Shown: positions 45,692 through 55,592 of the stretch, in pieces
How the letters are laid out: each line of letters begins with the position of its first letter
Position numbering within the stretch: position 1 is the first letter of the stretch
Origin: Acidobacteriota bacterium
Lineage (GTDB): Bacteria > Acidobacteriota > Thermoanaerobaculia > Gp7-AA8
Assembly (NCBI GenBank): GCA_019244185.1
Contig: JAFATB010000005.1
Span: 32,001-96,000, forward strand
DNA length: 64,000 nucleotides
Direction of reading: 5' to 3'
The notes under the pieces: model-generated
What the model saw: only the letters and a program-made list of their open reading frames with translations
The model's database searches: none
Told to the model about the DNA's origin: nothing
Made by a program: the position numbers and the translations under genes

Positions 45692-47113
45692 CTACCGCCG
45701 CCTGCGCCGCCGCCGCTTGACCGTGCCCTGCTCCGCTTCCTCCTGCGCGCGCTTGACGCGCACGGCAAACGCCTGCCACTGGCGGAAGACGTCGACGTAG
45801 CGTCCGGACGAGAGGGCGTAGAGCTCAAGCAGCGCGAGCGCGTCGTTGAACGGCTCGCGGTAGACGGCGCGGAATTGCGAGCGGCGGTCGGTGGGCGGCT
45901 CGAGCAAGCGCCAAAGCGTTTCGAGCGCCTGTTCGATCTGATGGCGCGTGCCGGCGGCGAGCGACATGCGCGCGCAGAGCGGCTGCGTGAGGTCGCGGAT
46001 GAAGGTGATCACGTCGCCCATACGCATCCGCGAATCGCGCCGCTGCTCCTCGCGCTCGATCTCGTCGATGACCCACGGCAGCATCAGCACCGCGAGCAGC
46101 ACCGCGTCGGAGATCTTCCGCCCCGCCTGCACGGTGCGGTCGAGCACTTCGAGCATCTTCCAGAAATACGCCGCGTGATCGTCGCGGATGGCGGTGTAGA
46201 TTTCCGGCAGCAGCGGCTGCAGGAGCGCGGTATCGACCATGAGGCGGATCGCGCCGCGCGACCAGCCGCGGCGCAGCAGTTCGAGGATCTCTTCGGACAC
46301 GCGCGGCGGCGAGGCCTTCAGGATCTCGTTGCGATGCCGGAGGATGCCTTCGTACGTCTTCTGCTCGATCTCGAACCCGAGGCGCGAGGCGAACTCGATC
46401 GCGCGCATCATGCGAACGGGGTCTTCGCGGAAGCGCAGATCGGGATCGCCGATGACGCGCACGCGCCCTTCCGCGAGATCCTCGAGGCCGCCGACGTAGT
46501 CGATCACCGAGAAATCGGCGATGTTGTAGAAGAGCGCGTTGATCGTGAAGTCGCGGCGCCGCGCGTCCTGCAGCGGCGAGCCGAACGTGTTGTCGTCGGT
46601 GATGAGGAAGTCTTCCGACTCCACGTCCGCGACGGTCCGTTCCGGCTCGCGGCGGAACGTCGCCACTTCGACGACCTGGTCCTGAAAGATGATGTGCACG
46701 AGGCGGAAGCGGCGGCCGATGATGCGGCTGTTGCGGAAGAGGCGCCGCACTTCCGCCGGATGCGCGTCGGTGACGACGTCGAAGTCCTTCGGCGTGCGGT
46801 CCATGAGCAGATCGCGCACGCTGCCGCCGCAGAGATACGCGCGGTAGCCGCTGCGATGCAGGCGGTAGAGCACCTTGAGCACGTTCTCCGGGATGCTGCG
46901 GCGCGAGATCGGATGCGCGCTGCGGTCGATGACGTTCGCGTCGAGAACGTGATTCGCGTCAGCAGCCACGGCGGCGGCCCCGGCGGCAGCATCGGCCGCA
47001 TTCGATGGCGGATCGGCCACGGCATCCGGCGCCGCGGCGGTCGCCTGCGTCTCGCTCGTCTCGTTCACATCCGCCGGCGGCGTCTCCGCCGCGCCACCGT
47101 TACTCGTTTCCAT
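45692..47113 (-). CDS. pcnB: poly(A) polymerase I
   Basis: GGSVRD, KDFDV, PAP signature IIGRRFRLVHI, RRDFTINAL, EDPVRMMRA, poly-Arg tail. Confidence 0.9.
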   Translation of the reverse strand: METSNGGAAETPPADVNETSETQATAAAPDAVADPPSNAADAAAGAAAVAADANHVLDANVIDRSAHPISRRSIPENVLKVLYRLHRSGYRAYLCGGSVRDLLMDRTPKDFDVVTDAHPAEVRRLFRNSRIIGRRFRLVHIIFQDQVVEVATFRREPERTVADVESEDFLITDDNTFGSPLQDARRRDFTINALFYNIADFSVIDYVGGLEDLAEGRVRVIGDPDLRFREDPVRMMRAIEFASRLGFEIEQKTYEGILRHRNEILKASPPRVSEEILELLRRGWSRGAIRLMVDTALLQPLLPEIYTAIRDDHAAYFWKMLEVLDRTVQAGRKISDAVLLAVLMLPWVIDEIEREEQRRDSRMRMGDVITFIRDLTQPLCARMSLAAGTRHQIEQALETLWRLLEPPTDRRSQFRAVYREPFNDALALLELYALSSGRYVDVFRQWQAFAVRVKRAQEEAEQGTVKRRRRRRR

Positions 47114-47861
47114 AGGCACTGATGCCGGGCGTGTAGTGATACTTGCTGTCGACGACGAAGAACGTCCGCTTCCAGCGGGTCTCGTCGAAGAAATGCAGCA
47201 GCACGTTCGTCAGCTCTTTCGCGCGCTCGGAAGGCGGGCTGCCCTGCGGCGGCGGCTCGCGCTCGAACGACCAGTAGACCATGAACGCGCGGCCCTTGAT
47301 GAGCGAGCGCGGCACCGTGCCCCAGTAGCGCGAGTCGCTGGAGCGGTCGCGGTTGTCGCCCATCGCGAAGTACTGCCCCGGCGGTACGGTGACCGGCCCG
47401 AACTGATCGCGCGAGCGGTACGGCTCGGGCAGCGCCGGCTGATCGGGATAGATCTGCGGATCGTCGTGGACGACGTACGGCTCGACGAGCGGCTTTCCGT
47501 TGATCGAGACGACCTTGTCGCGCACGGTCACGACGTCGCCCGGCATGCCGATCACGCGTTTCACGAAGTCGGTGTCGGGATCGAGCGGATAGCGGAAGAC
47601 GATGATGTCGCCGCGGCGCACGTCGCGCAGCGGAAAGATTCCGGAGAGCAGGCTCTCGCCTTTCGGCCCGTAGATGAACTTGTTGACGATGATGTGGTCG
47701 CCGACTTTCAGGTTGTCTTCCATCGATCCGGTCGGGATCTTGAACGCCTGGAAGACGAAGATGCGCGCGAAGTTGACGAAGATGAGGGCGATGAGGAGTG
47801 CTTCGTAATATTCGCGGACCGTCGATTTTCGGGCCGGCGACTGCTCAGCGGCGGCTGCCAT
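47100..47861 (-). CDS. lepB: signal peptidase I
   Basis: IPTGSM (Ser), FVKRVIG (Lys), GDNRDRSSDSR. Confidence 0.96.
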   Translation of the reverse strand: MAAAAEQSPARKSTVREYYEALLIALIFVNFARIFVFQAFKIPTGSMEDNLKVGDHIIVNKFIYGPKGESLLSGIFPLRDVRRGDIIVFRYPLDPDTDFVKRVIGMPGDVVTVRDKVVSINGKPLVEPYVVHDDPQIYPDQPALPEPYRSRDQFGPVTVPPGQYFAMGDNRDRSSDSRYWGTVPRSLIKGRAFMVYWSFEREPPPQGSPPSERAKELTNVLLHFFDETRWKRTFFVVDSKYHYTPGISAYGNE

Positions 47862-48897
47862 TCGTGGAGCGGTTCCCCTTCAACTGATCTGCGATGAAGC
47901 CAGCGGCAAACGATTGTACGACACCGGGCGGGACGGCCACGACGCGCGTCTCCCGCCGATAGCGTCCGGCCGGCAGCTTCGCATCGCCCACGATGCTCCT
48001 CGTTGCGTTCGGCGCGCTGCCGCCAACGAGGTACACGCGTCCGCCGTCGATCCACGGAACCTCGTGCACGGCCTTCCACAGCGCGTCGTCCGCGTTCTTC
48101 GCGATCACGAGCGCCACGCGCGCATTGCGCAGGAGCGCGCCGCGCGCGTCGTTCCAGCGGTAGAGATCGTCATCGAGCCAGACCACGAGCGGCAGCTTCT
48201 CGTCGTAGCGCAGGTCCAGCGGACGGAGGATGATCGCGCCGGCGGCGAACGGCTGCACGTCGACATCCAGCCGTACGGCAGGCGAGATGTCGATCCGCCG
48301 TGCCTCCCCGCCGTATTTCATCGATTCCACCCGCTCCGACGCGTCCGGCGTCGACCAGATTACCGAGTAGCGCTCGCCCGCGTCGTCCCACGTCACCGTA
48401 CGCACGCGGCCGAACGGAAAGTCGTTCGCCGTCATCGCCGAGGTCGGGATGTGCACCGTGCGCACGATGTCGCCCGACTTCGCGCGGATGACGTAGCTCG
48501 CCTTGTTGCCGCGCGGCGCCCATTCCACGCCGACTTCATCGACCGGCTCCGGCGGCACCCAGTTGATCTTGCCGCCGTCCGTCGAGACGAGGCCGATGTC
48601 GAAATTGTCGCGGCGTTTCGCCGAGAACACGACCTCGCCGCGCGCCTCGGACACGTCGAACGAATCGATGTCGATGAACGGATCGGTGAGCGGCTTGTCG
48701 CCGTTCATGAGGCGCGGCCGGATCGGATTGCGCTGGATGCGCACCGCGCCCGTCGTCTTCGGCTCCGCCGCCGGCATCGTCGCCGCGTGCGGCACGCTGA
48801 GCCACGCGTCGGGGATGCGCGTCGTGGACGGCGCGCCGCCGGCGAGCACCGGCAGCGCAGCCATCGTCAGCGCGAACCGCAGCGCGAGCCGCCGCAT
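47845..48897 (-). CDS. secreted hypothetical protein with TolB-like propeller blades
   Basis: Signal peptide; EVVFSA...DI.LV..DGG, WAPRG blades; remnant of a peptidase S9-like C-terminus (KLPLVVW). Confidence 0.55.
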   Translation of the reverse strand: MRRLALRFALTMAALPVLAGGAPSTTRIPDAWLSVPHAATMPAAEPKTTGAVRIQRNPIRPRLMNGDKPLTDPFIDIDSFDVSEARGEVVFSAKRRDNFDIGLVSTDGGKINWVPPEPVDEVGVEWAPRGNKASYVIRAKSGDIVRTVHIPTSAMTANDFPFGRVRTVTWDDAGERYSVIWSTPDASERVESMKYGGEARRIDISPAVRLDVDVQPFAAGAIILRPLDLRYDEKLPLVVWLDDDLYRWNDARGALLRNARVALVIAKNADDALWKAVHEVPWIDGGRVYLVGGSAPNATRSIVGDAKLPAGRYRRETRVVAVPPGVVQSFAAGFIADQLKGNRSTNGSRR

Positions 48898-48907
48898 CGG
48901 AGTCGCG

Positions 48908-50500
48908 TCAGAAACCCTTCGCGTCGCGCACCACCTTCGGCTGCGCGCCGACTTTCCGCGAGATCGCCTTCGCCTGCAGGAACAGGCCGAGGTAATCGCG
49001 GCCGCCGGCTTTCGAATCGGTGCCCGACATGTTGAAGCCGCCGAACGGATGCACGCCGACGAGCGCGCCGGTGCACTTGCGATTCAGATAGAGATTGCCG
49101 ACGAAGAACTCCTCGCGCGCGCGCTCGAGCTTCTCCTCGTTGTCGGTGAAGACCGCGCCGGTGAGCCCGTACTGCGAGTCGTTGGCGATGCGCAGCGCAT
49201 CGTCGAAGTCCTTCGCTTTGATCACCGCGAGCACGGGGCCGAAGATCTCTTCCTGCGCGATCGTCGAGTCGGGCGACACGGGACCGATCACGGTCGGCTG
49301 GATGAAGAAGCCTTCCTTGCCGTCGACGTCGCCGCCGGCGAGCACGTCGCCTTCCTTCTTCCCCTTCTCGATGTACTCGCTGATCGTCTTGAACGCCTTC
49401 TTGCCGACGACGGGACCGAGGTGCACGTCGTCCTGCGCCGGATCGCCGATGCGCAGCTTCTTCGTCTTCTCGACGATCATCGGCACGATCTCGTCGAAGA
49501 CCGCCTCGTCGATGATGACGCGCGAGCAGGCGGAGCACTTCTGTCCCTGGAAGCCGAACGCCGACGCCACGACCGCGGCCGCGGCCTCGTCGAGGTTCTT
49601 CGTCTCGCGGTCGATGATGATCGCGTCCTTGCCGCCCATCTCGGCGACGACGCGCTTGATCCACAGCTGGCCCTCGCGATGCTTGGCCGCCTGTTCGTTG
49701 ATGTGCAGGCCGACCTGCTTCGAGCCGGTGAAGGAGATGAAGCGGATGCGCGGATGCTGGATCAGCGGATCGCCGACCTCGGCCCCGCCGCCGCTCACGA
49801 AGTTCACGACGCCCGCCGGCATCTCCGCTTCCTCGAGCAGCGCGAAGAAGCGATACGCGATCCACGGCGAGTCCGACGACGGCTTGAGGATGACGCAGTT
49901 GCCCGCGCCGATCGCGGCCGTGGTCATGCCCGCCATGATCGCCAGCGGGAAGTTCCACGGCGGAATCACGGCGCCGACGCCGAGCGGAATGTAGACGAGA
50001 TGGTTGTCTTCCGATTCGATCTTCGTGATCGGCTGTTCGCCTTTGTAGCGATACGCCTCTCGCGCGTAGAACTCGAGGAAGTCGATCGCTTCCGCCGTAT
50101 CGGCGTCCGCTTCCGCCCACGTCTTGCCGACTTCGAGCACCATCGTCGCGGAGAACTCGTGCTTGCGCTCGCGCAGCAGCGCGGCGGCGCGCAGCAAGAG
50201 GCCGGCGTGCGTGTCGACCGGCTGCCGTTTCCACGACTCGAACGCGGTCCACGCGGCGTCGAGCGCCTGCTCGACGTGCTTGGCGTTGCCGGACGAAAAC
50301 TTGCCGAGGACCTCGTCCTTGCGCGCGGGGTTGATCGAGTCGAACGTGCCGAGTCCCGTGATGCGCTCGCCGCCGATCACCAGCGGGTACGTGCGGCCGA
50401 TCTCGCCGCGCACTTTGGCGATGGCGGCCTCCATCGCGGACTTGTGCTCGGGCTTGGAGAAATCGGTGAGGGGCTCGTTCCGGAACTCGGGAAGGGACAT
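48908..50500 (-). CDS. pruA: L-glutamate gamma-semialdehyde (P5C) dehydrogenase
   Basis: FRNEP, PWNFP, FTGS, EMGGK, GQKCSACS, EEIFGP. Confidence 0.93.
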   Translation of the reverse strand: MSLPEFRNEPLTDFSKPEHKSAMEAAIAKVRGEIGRTYPLVIGGERITGLGTFDSINPARKDEVLGKFSSGNAKHVEQALDAAWTAFESWKRQPVDTHAGLLLRAAALLRERKHEFSATMVLEVGKTWAEADADTAEAIDFLEFYAREAYRYKGEQPITKIESEDNHLVYIPLGVGAVIPPWNFPLAIMAGMTTAAIGAGNCVILKPSSDSPWIAYRFFALLEEAEMPAGVVNFVSGGGAEVGDPLIQHPRIRFISFTGSKQVGLHINEQAAKHREGQLWIKRVVAEMGGKDAIIIDRETKNLDEAAAAVVASAFGFQGQKCSACSRVIIDEAVFDEIVPMIVEKTKKLRIGDPAQDDVHLGPVVGKKAFKTISEYIEKGKKEGDVLAGGDVDGKEGFFIQPTVIGPVSPDSTIAQEEIFGPVLAVIKAKDFDDALRIANDSQYGLTGAVFTDNEEKLERAREEFFVGNLYLNRKCTGALVGVHPFGGFNMSGTDSKAGGRDYLGLFLQAKAISRKVGAQPKVVRDAKGF

Positions 50501-50546
50501 CGGATTTCCTTTCAGGCGCTCGTGTTGCTACAAGAGAGCGCGGCGC

Positions 50547-51287
50547 ATGTTATCGAAATCACTTCTGAGAGCAACCATCCTCGGATTGGCCCCGTTCGCC
50601 GGCGTTTTGTTTGCCAGCGGATGCTCGCACCTCATCCGCACGCCGTGGCGCAACGAGCCGATCCGCAACGAGGTGAACCTCGCGTTCACGCTGGAGCGGA
50701 ACCTGATCCGGCTGCCGTCGATCCGTATCGACAATCACGACGGCCGTTTCATTCTCGGCACCGCGTCGCAGCGCACGATCGTCGACGCGAGCTTCCCGCT
50801 GACGGCGAGCTCCGCGCACGCGCTCGAGATGGGCGACCGCGAGACCGTGCGCATCGACCCGCGGCGCATCGACCTCGCCGGCGCCGCGGACGGCATCGTC
50901 GGGGTCGAGGCGTGGAGCGCGCACGCGATCACCATCGATTACCACGTCGGCGTCGTCACGTATCAAAAGGACGGCATCCATCCCGCGTACATGCAGCTCT
51001 ACTCGTTCAGCGGCGAGCCGATGATCAACCTCAACGTCGATGGCCAGACGCTCTCCGCGATCGTCGACACGACCGTGCCGGATACTCTGCTCCTCCCCGG
51101 CGCGAACGGCACGCGCGGGCGTGCGCATGTCGTCGTCGGCACGACCGACTTCGGCGCGATCGACGTCGGCTACGCGAACGTGGCCCGGCCGCGCGTCGGC
51201 AACCGGCTACTGTCGCGCTTCCTCGTGTCGATCGACTACGGCCGGCGCGTCGTCGGGCTGTGGCGCGATCCGCGGATTCCGCTGTAG
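50547..51287 (+). CDS. lipoprotein with two retropepsin-like domains (degenerate)
   Basis: Lipobox-like ASGC; FILGTAS / AIVDTTV; DGIVG, ITIDY, VSIDY. Confidence 0.6.
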   Translation: MLSKSLLRATILGLAPFAGVLFASGCSHLIRTPWRNEPIRNEVNLAFTLERNLIRLPSIRIDNHDGRFILGTASQRTIVDASFPLTASSAHALEMGDRETVRIDPRRIDLAGAADGIVGVEAWSAHAITIDYHVGVVTYQKDGIHPAYMQLYSFSGEPMINLNVDGQTLSAIVDTTVPDTLLLPGANGTRGRAHVVVGTTDFGAIDVGYANVARPRVGNRLLSRFLVSIDYGRRVVGLWRDPRIPL

Positions 51288-51305
51288 ACGGCGGATAATC
51301 ACGCG

Positions 51306-52529
51306 ATGCGCGTGTTGCCGTTCGTGCTCGCCGTCGCCGCCGCGGTGCCGTCGTTCGCACAATCGTCGTCGTTGCACTTCGACGGCTACGCCGCCGCGCA
51401 GACCGTGAACGCGACCGGCCCCGAGTCGTGGCGCACGGGCGACTTCGGACGGCTCGACGCCGGCGCCGCGCGCGACCGCGTCTTCGGCGTCGCGCAGCTC
51501 GGCGGCGACTGGGCGCCTGCGAAATGGTTCGACGTGCACGCCAGCGGCGCCGCGCGCCGCGATCCTGATGACTACCGCGGCGACGACGCCGGACTCGTCG
51601 AGGCGTACGCCGATCTGCGCGCGACGTTCACGAACGACGAGCTGCAGTTGCGCGCGGGGCAGTTCTTCCTGCCCACGTCGCGCGAGAACATCGATCCGTT
51701 GTGGACGTCTCCGTACACGATTCACTTCTCCGCGCTCAACAGCTGGATCGGCGAGGAAGTGCGGCCGCGTGGCCTCGACCTGCAGTGGCGGCATACGCTG
51801 CAGAACGGCGCGAGCCTCACCGCGGCCGCCACGGCGTTCCGCGACAACGACACCATGGGCGCGCTGCTCGCGTGGCGCGGCTGGAGCGTCGGCTCGCGGC
51901 TCTCGACGTGGAACGACGTCCTCCCGCTGCCTCCGGTCAACGTGTTGACCACCTCGTTCCCCGCGCAGCGCGACGACGGCACCGTGCCGCTCGAGCGCGA
52001 CCTCGACGGCCGCACCGGCTACTCCGCGCGCGTCCGCTACTCCGTGCCGCAACGCGCGCTCGTGCAGTTCACGATGCTCGACAACAAAGGCGACCGCGAG
52101 CTCTATCGCGGCGAGTACGCGTGGCGCACGAAGTTCCAGCTCGCCGGCGTGCAGCTCGGCGATCCCGACGCGTACTCGTTCGCCGCCGAGTACATGACCG
52201 GCTCGACCGGCATGGGCACCGCGCCGCGCTTCGTGCAGGCGGACTTCCGCGCCGCGTACGCGCTGCTGTCGGAGAAGCGCGGGCGCAGCCGCTGGACCGT
52301 GCGCTACGACCTCTTTCGCGTGACGGACGAAGACCACTCCGCCGCCGGCTCGAACGAGGACAGCGGCCGCTCGTGGACGCTCGCCTATTTCCTCGATCTC
52401 TCCAAAGCATTGCGCGCCGGCGGCGAATACACGCAGGTCGTCGCGAAGCGCCCCGCGGCGCAGGAGTCGGGCTTCGACGAAAGCCAGAACGGACGCGAGG
52501 TGACGCTGGAGCTGCGCTACCGCTTCTGA
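51306..52529 (+). CDS. outer-membrane beta-barrel/porin-like protein
   Basis: Signal peptide; VEAYAD, LRAGQF, SPYTIHFSALNSWIGEE; C-terminal LRYRF. Confidence 0.8.
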   Translation: MRVLPFVLAVAAAVPSFAQSSSLHFDGYAAAQTVNATGPESWRTGDFGRLDAGAARDRVFGVAQLGGDWAPAKWFDVHASGAARRDPDDYRGDDAGLVEAYADLRATFTNDELQLRAGQFFLPTSRENIDPLWTSPYTIHFSALNSWIGEEVRPRGLDLQWRHTLQNGASLTAAATAFRDNDTMGALLAWRGWSVGSRLSTWNDVLPLPPVNVLTTSFPAQRDDGTVPLERDLDGRTGYSARVRYSVPQRALVQFTMLDNKGDRELYRGEYAWRTKFQLAGVQLGDPDAYSFAAEYMTGSTGMGTAPRFVQADFRAAYALLSEKRGRSRWTVRYDLFRVTDEDHSAAGSNEDSGRSWTLAYFLDLSKALRAGGEYTQVVAKRPAAQESGFDESQNGREVTLELRYRF

Positions 52530-52563
52530 CAACCGGCACGTTGCAGGCATGCACCGTTCCGCG

Positions 52564-54192
52564 ATGCGCGTCGCCCTCTTCACTCTGCTCGCTCTCACCT
52601 GCGCCCAGGCGCCCGTCGAACAATCGCATCGTTCCGCAACGCGAGCTCCCGCCATGCACACCGACTACGACGTCATCATCCGCGGCGGCGACGTGCTCGA
52701 CGGCAGCGGCGCGCCACGCGTCCGCGCCGACGTCGGCATCCGCGGCGACACCATCGCGATCGTCGGCGATTTGTCGCACGCGACCGCGAAGACGACGCTC
52801 GACGCGCGCGGCAAGGTCGTCGCTCCCGGCTTCATCGATCTCCTCGGCAATTCGCAGTCGGCCGTGCTCATCGATCCGAAGCTCGAGGGAAAAATCCGGC
52901 AGGGCGTCACGACGGAAGTCACGGGAGAAGGACTCTCGCCCGGCCCGCTCAGCGAAGCGATGGCCGCGGAGATGGAGCGCACGAAGCCGCGCGGCTGGCC
53001 GCCGGTGACGTGGCGCACCCTCGGCGACTTCATGCGCGTCGTCGAGAAGCGCGGTTCCGCGCTCAACTTCGCGTTCTACATCGGTGCGCGCAATCCGCGC
53101 GAGATGGTCCTCGGCGACGCCGACCGCGCACCCACGCCCGACGAGCTGCGCCGCATGCAGCAGATCGTCGAACAGGCCGTGCGCGACGGCGCGGTCGGTC
53201 TCGCCAGCGCGCTCATTTATCCGCCGGGACGCTTCGCGACGACCGAGGAGCTGGTCGCACTCGCGAAACCCGCGGGCGCGTACTGGACGCATCTGCGCAA
53301 CGAGTCCGATCACATCGACGCCGCCATCGACGAGGCGATCCGCATCGGACGTGAGGCGCACGTCCCCGTCAACATCTTCCACCTCAAGATCGGCGGGCAG
53401 AAGAACTGGGGACGCATGCCGCGGGTCGTCGCGAAGATCGAGGCCGCGCGGAAAAACGGCGTCGACATCGCCGCGAACATGTATCCGTTCACCGCCACGT
53501 CGACGGAGCTGCTGTCGATCGTGCCCGCGTGGGCCGTCGAAGGCGGCTATCTCAAATTCCTCGAACGCCTGCGCGATCCCGCGACGCGCGCGAAGATCGC
53601 GGACGAGCTGCGCGCCGGACGCCTGCGCGAAGGCGGCGCGTCGACGATCGCCGTGCGCGGCGCGGCCACGAAACGCCTCGACGCCATCGCGCGCGAGCTG
53701 CACGTCGATCCCGCCGAAGCGACGCTGCGGCTCTTCGAACAGAACGCGAAGTCGCCGATCGCGATCTTCTTCTCGCTCAGCGAAGACGACGTGCGCGTCG
53801 TCGTGCAACAGCCGTGGGTCGCGTTCGGCTCCGACTCCGGCGCCGTCGTCACCCGCGACGAAGGCGCGCACCCTCGCGCGTACGGCACCTTCGCCCGCAT
53901 CCTCGGCCATTACGTCCGTGACGAGAAGCTGCTCACGCTGGAAGAGGCCGTGCGGCGCATGACGTCGTTCGCCGCGTCGCGCGCGAAGCTCGCCGATCGC
54001 GGTTTCCTGCGCGCCGGGATGAAGGCGGACGTCGTCGTCTTCGATCCCGCGACCGTGCGCGACGTGGCGACGTACGAAGACCCGCATCACTTCGCGGAAG
54101 GCGTCGCGGACGTCGTCGTCAACGGCACGCCCGTGCTGCGCGACGGCGCGATGACCGGCGCGCTGCCCGGACGCATCCTGCGCAAACCGTGA
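52564..54192 (+). CDS. N-acyl-D-amino-acid deacylase-like amidohydrolase, secreted
   Basis: APGFID, QGVTT, THLRNE, FHLK, GSD, HPRAYGTF, ADVVVFD. Start could be 52549 or 52564. Confidence 0.88.
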   Translation: MRVALFTLLALTCAQAPVEQSHRSATRAPAMHTDYDVIIRGGDVLDGSGAPRVRADVGIRGDTIAIVGDLSHATAKTTLDARGKVVAPGFIDLLGNSQSAVLIDPKLEGKIRQGVTTEVTGEGLSPGPLSEAMAAEMERTKPRGWPPVTWRTLGDFMRVVEKRGSALNFAFYIGARNPREMVLGDADRAPTPDELRRMQQIVEQAVRDGAVGLASALIYPPGRFATTEELVALAKPAGAYWTHLRNESDHIDAAIDEAIRIGREAHVPVNIFHLKIGGQKNWGRMPRVVAKIEAARKNGVDIAANMYPFTATSTELLSIVPAWAVEGGYLKFLERLRDPATRAKIADELRAGRLREGGASTIAVRGAATKRLDAIARELHVDPAEATLRLFEQNAKSPIAIFFSLSEDDVRVVVQQPWVAFGSDSGAVVTRDEGAHPRAYGTFARILGHYVRDEKLLTLEEAVRRMTSFAASRAKLADRGFLRAGMKADVVVFDPATVRDVATYEDPHHFAEGVADVVVNGTPVLRDGAMTGALPGRILRKP

Positions 54193-54199
54193 CGTGTCG

Positions 54200-54230
54200 G
54201 GAGAAGCAGACCCGCGCTGTCTGCTTCTCC
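54200..54230 (+). terminator. 12-bp stem-loop after the deacylase gene
   Basis: GGAGAAGCAGAC-N7-GTCTGCTTCTCC. Confidence 0.6.
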
Positions 54231-54375
54231 GAACGGTGCGCGCCTCGGTGGGTACATCGACAGACCGCACGAACGCGCGTCATCTCGCAAACAGCAAACG
54301 ACTTATCGCGATGCACGCGCGTGAGCGATCTCTCGCGCGCGGCGGCCTTCCCCCTGCACTCCTGCATGCCCCGAC

Positions 54376-55560
54376 ATGCACGTACTCCTGCTCCCCTCGT
54401 GGTTCGACACCGTCGACAAGCCGTGGCGCGGCACGTTCTTCCGCGATCAAGCCACCGCGCTGCGCCGCCGCGGTGTCGACGCCGGCATCGCCTTCGTCGA
54501 GCGCCGCAGCCTCGGACATCTCCGCCCGCGCGCGCTGCACAAGAGCCACTTCCAGGTCACGTTCGAGCACGGCGAGGTACCGATCGCGCGCATGCGCGGC
54601 TGGAGCGTCGTCGCGCAGACGGTGCCCGGCGGCCTCCTCTGGTGCTCGCTCATGCGCCGCCTCGTGCACCGCTACATCGACGTCTACGGCATGCCCGATC
54701 TCATCCACGGCCACGCCGGCCTGTGGGGCGGCTACGCCGCGCTCCGCACCGCGAGCGAGCTCGGGATTCCGTACGTCGTGACTGAACACGCGAGCCGCGT
54801 GCTCGTCGGCGAACGCGAGCCGAGACGCCGGCAGCTGCTCGCGGAGACCTACCAGCACGCCGCCGCCGTCATCACCGTCAGCCGCGCGCTGCAACGCTCC
54901 GTCGAGCCGCTGATGAACGGCCGCCGAACGATCGTGGTGCCGAACACCGTCGATCTCGATTTCTTCACGATGCCGCGCAAGCCGCGCACGCGCACGCCGT
55001 TCCGCTTCCTCACCGTCTGCGATCTCGTCGCAAGCAAACGCGTCGATCTCGCCATTCGCGCCCTCGCGACGCTGCGCCAACGCGGCGTCGACGCGACGCT
55101 CACCTGCGCCGGCACCGGCAAAGAAGCCGCCGCGCTCGAACAACTCGCCCGCGATCTCGGTATCGCCAACGCCGTCACATTCACCGGCGCCCTCCCCCGC
55201 GACGCCGTCCGCCGCGAGCTCCACCGCGCCAACGCGCTCGTGCACCCCAGCCTGTTCGAGACCTTCGGCGTCGTGCTCATCGAAGCCCTCGCCACCGGCC
55301 TCCCCGTCCTCGCCACCCGCTGCGGCGGCCCCTCCGAGATCATCGACCCGTCCCTCGGCGAGCTCGTCGATCCCGGCAGCGAAGATCAGCTCACCGCCGC
55401 GATGCTGCGCATGACCGAGCGCACGTTCGACGCGAACGCGCTGCGCGCGTCGGTCGCGAACCGCTTCAGCTACGACGCCATCGGCGCGCAACTCGTCAGC
55501 CTCTACCAGCGGATCCTCGGCGACCGCTACGCGGAAAGGTGGGAACTGGCCGCGGGGTGA
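54376..55560 (+). CDS. glycosyltransferase family 4
   Basis: PSWF..., PYVVTEH, ETFGVVLIEALATG. Confidence 0.9.
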   Translation: MHVLLLPSWFDTVDKPWRGTFFRDQATALRRRGVDAGIAFVERRSLGHLRPRALHKSHFQVTFEHGEVPIARMRGWSVVAQTVPGGLLWCSLMRRLVHRYIDVYGMPDLIHGHAGLWGGYAALRTASELGIPYVVTEHASRVLVGEREPRRRQLLAETYQHAAAVITVSRALQRSVEPLMNGRRTIVVPNTVDLDFFTMPRKPRTRTPFRFLTVCDLVASKRVDLAIRALATLRQRGVDATLTCAGTGKEAAALEQLARDLGIANAVTFTGALPRDAVRRELHRANALVHPSLFETFGVVLIEALATGLPVLATRCGGPSEIIDPSLGELVDPGSEDQLTAAMLRMTERTFDANALRASVANRFSYDAIGAQLVSLYQRILGDRYAERWELAAG

Positions 55561-55592
55561 CGCGGCGCGCGAAAACTTCGCCGCGGAGCTGC

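Noticed and set aside
17102-51298. Very long alternative-frame ORFs (e.g. 17102-19684 minus, 28235-30205 plus, 48503-51298 plus)
   Set aside because: Arg/Ala-rich shadow ORFs overlapping well-supported genes; expected in ~70% GC DNA.
52533-52550. Sigma-54-like site CCGGCACG-TTGCAG-GCA before the deacylase
   Set aside because: GG-N10-GC spacing is right, but the flanking T and TT consensus bases are absent; too weak to call.
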